Origin: Bacilli bacterium
GTDB taxonomy: Bacteria > Bacillota_I > Bacilli_A > RFN20 > UBA1709
Assembly (NCBI GenBank): GCA_050949315.1
Contig: JBMNFL010000001.1
Span: forward strand, 947,444 to 1,011,443
Direction of reading: 5' to 3'
Length of the DNA: 64,000 nt
Position numbers and translations under genes: made by a program. Of the stretch, positions 11,621-20,904 are shown one piece after another (position 1 is the stretch's first letter; every line of letters begins with the position of its first letter). Under the pieces are notes generated by a model. The model saw nothing but the letters and a program-made list of their open reading frames with translations. It made no database searches and was not told the origin of the DNA.

Positions 11621-12334
11621 TATTTTGTCTTGAAGTTTTTTATAAGTTTTTTCATCAAACCACGAAGCTTTTAAAGGACAGATTGAGATATAACCATTGG
11701 CAAAAGCATAGACATCACTATCTTCGGGGGCATCTTTAAAATCTTCATGGCGATCGGTATAGTATTTACCATCTTTTTCCCAATAATAGAAACCATCGGC
11801 TTTTCTAAATTCTTTACAAAGCCTTAAGCCCTTAGATTTATTGAATTTTTTCAAGGGGAAATTAATATTTAGACACCAAGAAGTACTTAAAAGTTGATGT
11901 TTAAAAACATACTCTATTACGGTTTTAACTTCTTTTTTAACGATATCAAAATGCTCATAATCGGTAGAGATAGCCATACTTGGCAGAGAGTGATTTAAAC
12001 CTTCAATGGCGGCGGCGACCGTACCAGAATAAAGACTATCATAAGAAATATTAGGACCATTATTACAACCACTGACTAGCAAGTCAAATTTCACATCAAA
12101 GATTTGGGTTGCTAATAAGATGACATCAACTGGTGTCCCATCAATAGAGTAAGTATAATCATCGTGTTTAGTTACTGTAAAGCCCCGATTTAAAGAAAAA
12201 TGGGTACCAACACCACTTTGTTGCGAAAAGGGGGCAATTAAATAGACAGTGCCAAAATCCTTGAGTATTTCCTGTAAAATTTTAATTCCTGTGGCGTTAT
12301 AACCATCATCATTTGTTAATAAGATATTCATCAT
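11609..12334 (-). CDS. surE: 5'/3'-nucleotidase SurE
   Basis: ILLTNDDG, GTP.D, VSGCNNGPN, YSGTVAAA. Confidence 0.93.
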   Translation of the reverse strand: MMNILLTNDDGYNATGIKILQEILKDFGTVYLIAPFSQQSGVGTHFSLNRGFTVTKHDDYTYSIDGTPVDVILLATQIFDVKFDLLVSGCNNGPNISYDSLYSGTVAAAIEGLNHSLPSMAISTDYEHFDIVKKEVKTVIEYVFKHQLLSTSWCLNINFPLKKFNKSKGLRLCKEFRKADGFYYWEKDGKYYTDRHEDFKDAPEDSDVYAFANGYISICPLKASWFDEKTYKKLQDKIKNS

Positions 12335-12354
12335 TTACTCCGTTTTTTAAAAAA

Positions 12355-12430
12355 TGGCTGGGGCACCTGGATTCGAACCGGGGAAATGGTAGAGTCAGAG
12401 TCTACTGCCTTACCGCTTGGCTATGCCCCA
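12355..12430 (-). tRNA. tRNA-Gln(CTG)
   Basis: TGGGGCATAGCCAAGCGGTAAGGC...GTAGA-CTCTGAC-TCTAC...GTTCGAATCC...CCA. Confidence 0.95.
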
Positions 12431-12502
12431 AAACAACAACATTATGGTAGCATAAATAAAAGTGTTTGGAAAGATAAAACAATCTCGCTATCGAAATAAC
12501 GA

Positions 12503-13546
12503 TCTTAATTGTCAAGACATATGTTACACTTTGAGAAATATTCTGTTACAACTTGATTAGGGCTTTTAAAGTTAAGACATGTTTTAGCTGTATTGTTATA
12601 TCGCTGCTCGTGTTTAGCTACTTGTTGTCTAAGTTCTTTCTCGCTAATAAAGATTTTTCGCCCATACAGAATTTTTCCATCTTCTCTATGACTTCTTTCA
12701 ACTTTTCCGTTCTGCCACGGTGAATAAGGTCTCGTCCTTTTTAATTTTATTCCTAACTTATTGGCCATCAGTTCAAATATACTCGTTTTATTAGTACGAT
12801 CATCATCATTTACAAATTCGGCTCCGTTGTCCACTTGTATCATATTAATTGGAAATCCCATGGCTTTTTCTAGGCTTTTAAGATATTTTGTCGTTTCGTA
12901 CGTACTCTTCTCTTTGACTATACAGAGAATTCTTTTGCGACTAAACTCATCAATTCCAGTGATTTGATAATATCTGTCTCCATATGTTGGGAATTTTATG
13001 CATTCAAGGGGAACATACTTTATATCTATCTGCACCTTGTCTCCAGGATATTTTCCGTCCAATCTTTCGTATTTTGTATAACTCTTACGATGAATTTCCG
13101 GGGTTTTATAACCCTTTTTTCGTATTTGTCGACACATACTCCCAAAACTTCTTTTATACCCTTTTTGACAACATCGAACATATACTTCTGCCAATCCATA
13201 AACACCATTTCTTCTTAACATTCGCTTAATTAGCGACAGCTCATCATCTGTATGAGCATTTGGACTAGTCAGGGGTCTTCTTGAGCGTAAGGCAAGACTT
13301 CTGATGTCCCCATCATATTTGTTTAATTGCCTATAAACAAACTGACGGTTGGTGTGATAACGCCTTGCGGCTCTTGTTACACCATTTTTGAGCGCATATT
13401 CACACATTTTCTGGCGAAAGCGCATTTCTTCGGTTATACTAGTCATGAGAGAGCTCCTTTCGGTACCTTTTTTTGGATAAACTTATTGTACCAGAGTCTC
13501 TCTCTTTTTTTATTTATTTCTGTAACATATGTTTTATCACACTACA
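12503..13546 (-). mobile_element. IS481/IS1202-like element, type A copy 1 (1044 bp), no matching target duplication
   Basis: Imperfect 26-bp terminal IRs (TGTAGTGTGATAAAACATATGTTACA / TCTTAATTGTCAAGACATATGTTACA); same length and protein as 58576-59619. Confidence 0.92.
12505..13446 (-). CDS. DDE transposase (HTH + rve core), IS481-like
   Basis: VQIDIK / QVDNGAEF / NGKVER catalytic triad; N-terminal HTH. Confidence 0.93.
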   Translation of the reverse strand: MTSITEEMRFRQKMCEYALKNGVTRAARRYHTNRQFVYRQLNKYDGDIRSLALRSRRPLTSPNAHTDDELSLIKRMLRRNGVYGLAEVYVRCCQKGYKRSFGSMCRQIRKKGYKTPEIHRKSYTKYERLDGKYPGDKVQIDIKYVPLECIKFPTYGDRYYQITGIDEFSRKRILCIVKEKSTYETTKYLKSLEKAMGFPINMIQVDNGAEFVNDDDRTNKTSIFELMANKLGIKLKRTRPYSPWQNGKVERSHREDGKILYGRKIFISEKELRQQVAKHEQRYNNTAKTCLNFKSPNQVVTEYFSKCNICLDN

Positions 13547-13811
13547 ATATTGATAAAAAACACAAAGCAGGTTTTTAGTCAAAAACCTATATAATATTTT
13601 TTTAAAGAAATAATGGTGCGGAGCTTTAATCTAAGATTGGTTTATTATTAATATAAGATTTATTTGAAGTGGTTGAGAAAATCCACTCTTAAATAGTTAT
13701 TTGAATTTTGATAATATAATGTTAAAATACTAGTAGTTAGTAAAAGAGTAATAAATTCGGTGCGCTTTACAACTATGCCGACAATTACATATATAGTACA
13801 TTCAAAGAAAG

Positions 13812-16800
13812 GTGAAGTTTGTGGAATACGATATTTTGATATCCGTAATATTGTATATTTGTGGCTGTTTTTACTTGTTTTTTGGCGTGTATGCGATAAT
13901 TTCTAATGTAAAAAGTTGGACCAACAGATTATTTTTATTTTTAACGCTCTCTATGATGGTTTGGTCAATTACCTATTCCATTGTGATTTCGGCTCCAACA
14001 GAAGAATTCGGAGGTCTTTGGCAGTCCCTATCTATTTTCGGTAGAGGCACATTTTATTGTTTGTTACTCCACTTTGTATTATTGCTGACAAAAGTTTATG
14101 ACCGTTTAAAAAACAAGAGGTTTATTGTCTTCCTAATCTATTTACCAGCGGCGATAAATATAATTCTTTTTGCCCCTTACGGGCTTATGGCAAAGGAAAT
14201 ATATCACTTAGTACCGAGCAAATTCGGCTGGATAAATGTAACACCAACAAATTTTGGAAGCATTTGGCTTTTTTTATACGTCCTCATTTATTCAATCATT
14301 TCTATTATATTAATTGTTCATTGGTGGAAAAGACTTGAATCTGGTACTATTCTAAAACGAAATGCAACGTATTTTCTAATATCAATACTATTTTCTTTTT
14401 TTGTTGGAATTTTAATAGATGCTTTACCTGATATTTTTGGAGAAGCCGTTTTTCCAAAAATTTCTATTTTATTTTTTGTTGGTCCTATAATGTTGTTATT
14501 TTTATCATTGAAAAATTTTGGAATACTTCTCGAAAAAAGCAGAGCGATAGTTCTATTACCCAAATCCAATCACGATTTAAACCAAGATAGAACGCGCCTG
14601 TTCCATGTGACTGCAATATTGTTTATGGTGGGTGGAATAGCATCCTTTTTGCTAGGATATTTTGGCATGGGAAGACCGTTAGAACGGGAGCTTTTAATCT
14701 CCGCGCTTATTTTTTCAACGGGTATATTTTTAATGTTCTTGCCTTCTATAACGAAAAAACATTCCATACAAAATGTTATTTTCTTTTTAATATGTTCGGC
14801 AGGTATGTTGTTTTTCATGTTAGTAACCAAGGATACAGCGGCATTAACGATATGGGCGGTATATATAATCTTTCTTTTAGTTACCGTTATCTTGGGAAGC
14901 AAACGCCACGCGCTTATCTTTGCTATATTTTGCATCGCGCTTCAGATTCTTTTTTGGATATTTATACCAGAAGTCACTGTTGTTGTTAATGTAAACGAGT
15001 ATGTAACTAGAATTTTTATTATTTTCCTTTCGTTTTTCGTTGTGAGATATTTGACAAATGAATATGCTTCAAAGATGAGCGGATATCAAAAATTTGCCGA
15101 AGAACATGAAATACTCGAAAGAATCTCCACCAACTTCATTTCGATTAACAGTGAAAATGCCCACGAGAAAATTGATGAAATGTTTAAAATGTCGGCGGAA
15201 GTGCTTGATTTTGATCAAGGATACTTGATTGAATTTAACGCTGATTATAAAAAAGCCAATGTTTTAAATGCGTACACAAAATACGGAGCTGTTAAAACGG
15301 AGAGTAAGGAAGTTGAAACCGCAGCTTTTCCTATGGCCAAAATGATAATTAATCAAAAACAGCCCATAGGATATACGGATACTACAAGTATCTCCTTTCA
15401 GGAAAACAAAGAGGAAAGAGACTTCTTTTTATCAAGAGGAATTTTGTCTTATTATGCCTTACCAATAGCAATTGAGGATGAAGTAATCGGAATGCTGGTT
15501 GTTGAAAATCGTAAAAAAGTTGATTCAAGAGTTTGGGAGAATCAAATAAATTTTTTAGGTATAATAGCCAATATGTTGGCGGATGCAAAGAAAAAGATCA
15601 TGTATGAGCAACAACTATATGATAACGCTTATTATGATGAACTCACAAAACTGCCTAATAGAAACATGTTGATAAAGAAACTAGAACAAAGCATAAACAA
15701 CAAGAAAAAATCAGAAAAAGTAGCCGTTTTATATATTGAAATTGAAAATCTAAGAATGATAAATGATACCTTTGGTCATATAGTAGGGGATAAGATGGTA
15801 ACAAAATCGGCCTCAATTCTCAAAGATTTGTTGGATGAATGTTGTTATCTCTCAAGAATAGAAAATGGGGCTTTTGTTATTGTTGTTTCTAATATGAAAA
15901 ATGTTAAACAAATAGAAGATTTTATCGAGAAAATAACAAATGCCTTCTCTGTTCCTATCATATCTACTGGAGGAAAAGGAACATTATTTATTGCGATTGT
16001 CATCGGTGTTTCCATTTATCCTGATAACGGGAATAATGTAGACACTTTATTGCAAAATGCGGATTTAGCAGGATATGAAGCTAGATATGCGGACCACAAA
16101 GTCGTTTTCTGTTCAGACCAATTGACAAACCGTATTGCCGAAACCACTTTATTCACGAATAAGCTTTTTACAGCGCTACAGAATGAAGAGTTTTTCTTGG
16201 AGTTTCAACCTTTGATTAGTAGTAAAACGGATAAAACAGCCGGTGTTGAAGCCCTACTTAGATGGAATTATGATGATAACAAAAGAATACCTCCAGATGT
16301 ATTTGTTCCTATTCTTGAGAAAACAGGCCTAATTCATGATGTAGGACTTTGGGTGCTTGAACAAGCGCTTAAAGAACACAAAAGGCTTGTCTCTAAGGGC
16401 TTTCCTCCTCTTCGCTTTTCTGTAAACTTGTCAATTGTTCAATTTAGAGAGGAAAATTTTGTTCTTGAAATTACAAAAATAATAGAGGAAAGCAAAGTAG
16501 ACCCGAAGTATATTGAGTTAGAAATTACTGAAAGCTTTTTGTCCATTAATTTCGCGGATACGATTGAGAAGTTATCTAAATTGAAAGAGTTTGGTGTAAG
16601 TATTGCCATCGATGATTTTGGCAAGGGATATTCATCATTACACCGTTTAGAACTAGTGCCTTTTGATAGAATAAAGATAGATAAAAGCATTGTAGACGAT
16701 ATCATTTCAGAAAAGAAAAAAGCCGTTGTTGTTAAAACAATAGTTTCCCTTGCTAGAGCTCTTATGGCCAATATCACCGCTGAAGGAGTGGAAACAAAAG

Positions 16801-16907
16801 AGCAGTTAGATTTCTTGAAAGATATGGATTGTGATGAGATACAAGGATATTATTATTATAAACCTTTACCTATAGAGGCCTTAGAAAAATTCCTTAAAAA
16901 TGAATGA
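13812..16907 (+). CDS. Multi-TM sensor + GAF-like + degenerate GGDEF + EAL phosphodiesterase
   Basis: About 12 hydrophobic segments; DELTKLPNR with GGDEF replaced by ENGAF; intact EALLRW, ELEITE, DDFGKGYSS, IKIDK and AEGVE. Confidence 0.9.
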   Translation: MKFVEYDILISVILYICGCFYLFFGVYAIISNVKSWTNRLFLFLTLSMMVWSITYSIVISAPTEEFGGLWQSLSIFGRGTFYCLLLHFVLLLTKVYDRLKNKRFIVFLIYLPAAINIILFAPYGLMAKEIYHLVPSKFGWINVTPTNFGSIWLFLYVLIYSIISIILIVHWWKRLESGTILKRNATYFLISILFSFFVGILIDALPDIFGEAVFPKISILFFVGPIMLLFLSLKNFGILLEKSRAIVLLPKSNHDLNQDRTRLFHVTAILFMVGGIASFLLGYFGMGRPLERELLISALIFSTGIFLMFLPSITKKHSIQNVIFFLICSAGMLFFMLVTKDTAALTIWAVYIIFLLVTVILGSKRHALIFAIFCIALQILFWIFIPEVTVVVNVNEYVTRIFIIFLSFFVVRYLTNEYASKMSGYQKFAEEHEILERISTNFISINSENAHEKIDEMFKMSAEVLDFDQGYLIEFNADYKKANVLNAYTKYGAVKTESKEVETAAFPMAKMIINQKQPIGYTDTTSISFQENKEERDFFLSRGILSYYALPIAIEDEVIGMLVVENRKKVDSRVWENQINFLGIIANMLADAKKKIMYEQQLYDNAYYDELTKLPNRNMLIKKLEQSINNKKKSEKVAVLYIEIENLRMINDTFGHIVGDKMVTKSASILKDLLDECCYLSRIENGAFVIVVSNMKNVKQIEDFIEKITNAFSVPIISTGGKGTLFIAIVIGVSIYPDNGNNVDTLLQNADLAGYEARYADHKVVFCSDQLTNRIAETTLFTNKLFTALQNEEFFLEFQPLISSKTDKTAGVEALLRWNYDDNKRIPPDVFVPILEKTGLIHDVGLWVLEQALKEHKRLVSKGFPPLRFSVNLSIVQFREENFVLEITKIIEESKVDPKYIELEITESFLSINFADTIEKLSKLKEFGVSIAIDDFGKGYSSLHRLELVPFDRIKIDKSIVDDIISEKKKAVVVKTIVSLARALMANITAEGVETKEQLDFLKDMDCDEIQGYYYYKPLPIEALEKFLKNE

Positions 16908-16920
16908 TGAATAGAACGTT

Positions 16921-17001
16921 AAATTGTTCTAAAGTGTGTTTCATAACAAAAGCTCCCTTATCATAGTACCGTTTTGGATCCAAATTGAGGGAGCAGTTTC
17001 A
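16921..17001 (-). mobile_element. Remnant left end of an IS3-family (IS150-like) element
   Basis: Minus strand begins TGAAACTGCTCCCTCAATTTGGATCC, then an AAGGGAG SD and ATG giving MKHTLEQ, resembling an OrfA start; truncated. Confidence 0.5.
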
Positions 17002-17008
17002 TTTTAAG

Positions 17009-17082
17009 TGGAGCATGTGACGGGAATCGAACCCGCATAACCAGCTTGGGAAGCTGGGGTTCTACCACTGAACTACACATGC
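17009..17082 (-). tRNA. tRNA-Gly(CCC)
   Basis: GCATGTGTAGTTCAGTGGTAGAAC...CCAGC-TTCCCAA-GCTGG...TCCA. Confidence 0.95.
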
Positions 17083-17215
17083 ATCGCATGATTAAATTAA
17101 ACTATTCCATCTAAAATGTCAATTAAGGAAAGCAGGGAAACGTTTTTTATTGTTGACTAAAAAGCGTGAAAAGTGGTATATTTTATTAGCGTTAGTGAAT
17201 GATGTGATTCTCTAG

Positions 17216-17291
17216 GGATGCTTAGCTCAGTTGGGAGAGCACTGCCCTTACAAGGCAGGGGTCGGGGGTTCAAGCCCCTCAGTATCCACCA
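17216..17291 (+). tRNA. tRNA-Val(TAC)
   Basis: CTGCC-CTTACAA-GGCAG anticodon arm, CCA end. Confidence 0.95.
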
Positions 17292-17310
17292 TTCCTAATT
17301 AGATACCTGT

Positions 17311-17395
17311 GGGGGGATAGCGAAGTGGCCAAACGCAGATGACTGTAAATCATTTCCCATCGGGTTCGGCAGTTCAAATCTGTCTCCCCCCACCA
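17311..17395 (+). tRNA. tRNA-Tyr(GTA)
   Basis: GATGA-CTGTAAA-TCATT arm, long variable arm, CCA. Confidence 0.95.
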
Positions 17396-17418
17396 TGTTT
17401 ATCAATTATTGAGTCTGT

Positions 17419-17494
17419 TGGGGTGTAGCCAAGGGGTAAGGCAACAGACTTTGACTCTGTCATTCCGCTGGTTCGAATCCAGCCACCCCAGCCA
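17419..17494 (+). tRNA. tRNA-Gln(TTG)
   Basis: ACAGA-CTTTGAC-TCTGT arm, CCA. Confidence 0.95.
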
Positions 17495-17496
17495 AA

Positions 17497-17572
17497 GACC
17501 CGCTAGCTCAGTCGGTAGAGCACTTGACTTTTAATCAAGGGGTCTGGGGTTCGAATCCCCAGCGGGTCACCA
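17497..17572 (+). tRNA. tRNA-Lys(TTT)
   Basis: CTTGA-CTTTTAA-TCAAG arm, CCA. Confidence 0.95.
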
Positions 17573-17579
17573 TGTTTTT

Positions 17580-17668
17580 GCCCAGGTGGCGGAATAGGTA
17601 GACGCACAGGACTTAAAATCCTGCGGCTAGCGATAGCCATACCGGTTCGATTCCGGTTCTGGGCACCA
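17580..17668 (+). tRNA. tRNA-Leu(TAA)
   Basis: CAGGA-CTTAAAA-TCCTG arm, long variable arm, CCA. Confidence 0.95.
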
Positions 17669-17674
17669 AAAAGA

Positions 17675-17712
17675 AAAAGAGGCATTCTGATTGCAGAATG
17701 TCTTTTGTTTTT
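17675..17712. terminator. Terminator after tRNA cluster (probably bidirectional)
   Basis: ggcattctg-attg-cagaatgtc followed by ttttgttttt. Confidence 0.7.
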
Positions 17713-17740
17713 CGAAGCAAAGAAAAAGTCTAGAATCGCT

Positions 17741-18004
17741 CTAGACTAATTTCATATCTTTCAGTACATTTTTAAGACCAATCAAGGCCGCATGTTCGTC
17801 TTTTCCATCAACCACTAAACTGAAGGTTTCTTGATTACGAATTACTAAAGCCATGACATTCATAATTGACTTTAAGTCCACCTCTTCGCTTGAGTATTCA
17901 AGGCGAATGTTAGACTCGTATTTATTGGCTTCGTTTACCAAAGAAGCGCTGGCGCGCGATGATAAGCCGTTGATTGATTTGAGTGTGAATTCTTCTCTTT
18001 GCAT
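17741..18004 (-). CDS. HPr-family protein lacking His15 (Crh-like)
   Basis: HPr-like sequence; GLSSRAS replaces GLHARPA; Ser46 motif KSIMNV kept; start at 18004 chosen from SD and promoter position. Confidence 0.82.
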   Translation of the reverse strand: MQREEFTLKSINGLSSRASASLVNEANKYESNIRLEYSSEEVDLKSIMNVMALVIRNQETFSLVVDGKDEHAALIGLKNVLKDMKLV

Positions 18005-18073
18005 CGCTTCTTCATCCCTACTTTCCATCTCTAATTATAAAAGATTGGGGTGGGAAAGCAAGATAAAAGAACA

Positions 18074-18087
18074 AGAAAGCGTTTTCA
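18074..18087 (-). promoter_or_regulatory. cre-like (CcpA/LacI) site upstream of the HPr-like gene
   Basis: TGAAAACGCTTTCT, one mismatch to TGWAANCGNTNWCA. Confidence 0.55.
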
Positions 18088-18092
18088 AGTTG

Positions 18093-19472
18093 CTAAAGCA
18101 ATTTTTTGAGAAGTTTTAATTTCTTTTCCGTATATTTGGGATAGCGCAATTTGATATCCATATTGTGTTTATAGACTATTCCTTTATAGTGAGTGAAGGC
18201 ATCAAAGGTGCGTTTGCCATGATAACAACCCATCCCCGAAAGACCAACCCCACCAAAGGGAAGATGTTCAGTAGCGACATGCATTAAGGTATCATTGACA
18301 CAACCGCCACCAAAAGAGAGTTCTTTTAAAATATAATCGGCTTTATTCTTGTCTTGGGTAAAGATGTAACAAGCTAAGGGTTTAGCACCGCCATTGACCT
18401 TGCGAGCTAAAGCTAAACCTTCTTCAAAGTTTTTGATCCTTATAACAGGCATTACTGGTCCGAAGATTTCATCAGACATGATTTTATCATCTAGATTAAC
18501 ATTGTCTTCAATTGTGGGGTAGAGAAGGCGTTTATCTTCTTCTCTTTCACCACCAAAGACTACCTTTTCTTCATCGATTAAAGAGGTGACTTTTGCATAA
18601 TGTCCCTTATTGATTAGATAGGGGAAATCAGGAGAAATTCTACCATCCTCCAAAAAATAAAACTCTTTGATTTGCTTCTTACAAGCTTCAATAAACTGAT
18701 CGTGTATTTCTTCTTCAACCATAACATAATCTGGGGCGACACAGGTTTGTCCAGCATTGGTGTATTTACCCCAAATTAAACGGCGGACAGTTGTTGTGAG
18801 ATTACAATCTTTACTGATAAAGACTGGCGATTTTCCACCTAGTTCTAGAATACAGGGGCAGAGATGTTCGGCGGCCTTTTTGAGGACGATTTTGCCAACG
18901 GTGACCCCACCAGTAAAGAAGATAAAGTCAAATTGAAGGTTTAAAAGTTCAGTGTTTTCTTCATGACCACCCAAGACCACACTGACATAAGCAGGATCAA
19001 AAACCTCATCACAAACCTTTTTTATGACATCGGTTGTATGGGGCGAACGGTTAGAGGGTTTAATCAAAACACAGTTACCGGCCGCTAGAGCCCCAGCCAC
19101 AGGAGACAGAGTAAGCATGTAAGGATAATTCCAAGGCGCCATAACTAGCACCACCCCATAGGGTTCAGGAATCTCTTTGCCATGGCTAGGGAAACTTGAT
19201 AGACCCAGGAACTTTCTTTTCGGGCGCATCCATTTGCGCAGATTTTTAATTTTGTTTCTAATCTCTGCGTAAACTAAAGAGATTTCGGTGGCATAACTTT
19301 CAAAACGTGGCTTATTAAAATCGGCCTTCATCGCCTCCATAAATTCTTCTTCATGGGCTTTTAAAGCGGCTAGCCACTTGCGCAGATAATGTAGACGAAA
19401 ATCGACATCTTTGGTCTTCCCAGTGTTAAAGTATTCTCGCATGTTTTCAACGGTTTTAGGAATATTTTGCAT
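18093..19472 (-). CDS. Aldehyde dehydrogenase (ALDH3/YwdH-like)
   Basis: PWNYP, FTGG, LELGGKSP, GQTCVAPDY, EIFGP; AGGAGG SD before ATG at 19472. Confidence 0.93.
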   Translation of the reverse strand: MQNIPKTVENMREYFNTGKTKDVDFRLHYLRKWLAALKAHEEEFMEAMKADFNKPRFESYATEISLVYAEIRNKIKNLRKWMRPKRKFLGLSSFPSHGKEIPEPYGVVLVMAPWNYPYMLTLSPVAGALAAGNCVLIKPSNRSPHTTDVIKKVCDEVFDPAYVSVVLGGHEENTELLNLQFDFIFFTGGVTVGKIVLKKAAEHLCPCILELGGKSPVFISKDCNLTTTVRRLIWGKYTNAGQTCVAPDYVMVEEEIHDQFIEACKKQIKEFYFLEDGRISPDFPYLINKGHYAKVTSLIDEEKVVFGGEREEDKRLLYPTIEDNVNLDDKIMSDEIFGPVMPVIRIKNFEEGLALARKVNGGAKPLACYIFTQDKNKADYILKELSFGGGCVNDTLMHVATEHLPFGGVGLSGMGCYHGKRTFDAFTHYKGIVYKHNMDIKLRYPKYTEKKLKLLKKLL

Positions 19473-19629
19473 TATTGTTTTCCTCCTAAAGAAACTTCTA
19501 CTAAATATCATAAACAAACAGGAATAAATTCTCAAGAAAAAGAACTCGGAGTTTGATAGATGTAGGGTAACTTTTTGTGATTTTTTTCTCTATTTGTCGT
19601 TTTTAAATGAAAAAACGTGCTTTTTTTGC

Positions 19630-19658
19630 TTGCGTGCGCGAGAACGTTGTGATAGAAT
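19630..19658 (+). promoter_or_regulatory. S10 operon promoter
   Basis: TTGCGT-N17-TAGAAT with TG extension. Confidence 0.7.
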
Positions 19659-19664
19659 ACCCAT

Positions 19665-19790
19665 GCGAGTGCGTAGAAACTTGAGGTTGCTAGGTGCCGA
19701 CACCTCAAAACGCTGATAGGTGTTGTCATGACGGCATTACTAGGGAATTCAAGTGGAGCACGGTCTATGCCAAGATTTTAGACAAGGAGG
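19665..19790 (+). ncRNA. Structured rpsJ leader RNA (putative r-protein autoregulatory leader)
   Basis: GC-rich nested stems cttga/tcaag, ctag/ctag, tgcc/ggca and gacacct/aggtgtt between promoter and SD. Confidence 0.55.
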
Positions 19791-19797
19791 ATTATTC

Positions 19798-20109
19798 ATG
19801 GCAAAAGCAAAAAAGATTCGGATTAAACTCAAGGCTTATGATCACAAGATGATTGATGCGTCAGCTGAGAAGATCGTGTTAGCCGCCAAAAAAACTGGTG
19901 CCCGTATCGTTGGCCCCGTTCCTCTTCCCACCGAGAAGCAGGTTTATACCTTATTAAGGGCAGTTCATAAGTATAAAGATGCCCGGGAACAATTTGAGAT
20001 TAGAACTCACAAACGTTTAATTGATATCGTTGATCCCACCCCCGCGACGGTCGATACCCTAACTAGGCTTGACCTACCCAGTGGTGTGGACATTGAGATC
20101 AAGTTATAG
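19798..20109 (+). CDS. rpsJ: 30S ribosomal protein uS10
   Basis: [25 protein letters not shown]; AAGGAGG SD. Confidence 0.98.
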   Translation: MAKAKKIRIKLKAYDHKMIDASAEKIVLAAKKTGARIVGPVPLPTEKQVYTLLRAVHKYKDAREQFEIRTHKRLIDIVDPTPATVDTLTRLDLPSGVDIEIKL

Positions 20110-20121
20110 GAGTAATTGGTT

Positions 20122-20880
20122 ATGAAATCAATACTTGGACGCAAGGTTGGTATGACCCAAGTGTTCACAACTGCCGGGGAGGTTATTCCCGTTACCGTTG
20201 TGGAGGTCTTGCCAAATGTGGTCTTACAAGTGAAGACCAAAGAAAAAGATGGTTATGAAGCCATCAAAGTCGGCTATGAGAATAAAAGAGCCGCGCTAGT
20301 CAATAAGCCAGATGCTGGTCAATTCTTAAAAGCTCAAAGCCCAACCAAACAATTTGTTAGGGAATTAAAGGGCGATGAAATGATGAAGTATGAAGTCGGC
20401 AGTGAAGTCAAAGTAGATTTATTTAAAGCCGGTGAAGTAGTTGATGTCATTGGAAAGACCAAAGGTAAAGGTTTTACTGGTGTTGTTAAGGCTTATGGTT
20501 TCCGTAAGGGGCCCAGTGCTCATGGTTCCGGCTATCATCGTGGTGTAGGTTCTTTAGCGACCAGTGGTCGTTGGAACAACAGAATTCACCCAGGGCGTAA
20601 AATGCCAGGACATTTTGGTTTCACCACCAAGACTGTTCAAAATTTAGTTGTCATTTCAGTTGATGTTGAAAACAACGCCATGTTAATCAAAGGACCAATT
20701 CCTGGAGCCAATCGCTCCTTAGTCCTGATTCAAAGTGCGGTTAAAGCACAAAAGAAACCCCAACCGGAGCGCATTCTAGTTAAGTATGAAAAAGAACCCG
20801 CGCCGGTTTTAGAAGAAGTAAGTCCTGCTGTTGAGGAAGTTAATGTCCCAGAAGAAGTAGTGACTGTCGAAGGCAAATAG
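20122..20880 (+). CDS. rplC: 50S ribosomal protein uL3 (acidic C-terminal extension)
   Basis: GRKVGMTQVF, KGKGFTG, MPGH. Confidence 0.98.
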   Translation: MKSILGRKVGMTQVFTTAGEVIPVTVVEVLPNVVLQVKTKEKDGYEAIKVGYENKRAALVNKPDAGQFLKAQSPTKQFVRELKGDEMMKYEVGSEVKVDLFKAGEVVDVIGKTKGKGFTGVVKAYGFRKGPSAHGSGYHRGVGSLATSGRWNNRIHPGRKMPGHFGFTTKTVQNLVVISVDVENNAMLIKGPIPGANRSLVLIQSAVKAQKKPQPERILVKYEKEPAPVLEEVSPAVEEVNVPEEVVTVEGK

Positions 20881-20904
20881 TAGCAAGAAAGGAGAAATCA
20901 AATT

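Noticed and set aside
12761-13578. Antisense and overlapping small ORFs repeated in both IS copies
   Set aside because: They recur only because the copies are apparently identical; no SD or recognisable domain, and one runs out of the element.
13560-13811. c-di-GMP riboswitch upstream of the EAL gene, or Mg riboswitch upstream of mgtE
   Set aside because: No recognisable GEMM or M-box consensus by eye; the mgtE leader is too short.
17503-17685. 60-aa ORF over the tRNA cluster (also 62737-63070 over tRNA-Ala)
   Set aside because: Shadow ORFs of tRNA genes.
19753-19797. N-terminal extensions in the ORF track for rpsJ (also rplN, thiolase, mgtE, ALDH and the GT28 gene)
   Set aside because: Downstream starts have clear SD sequences and match family N-termini.
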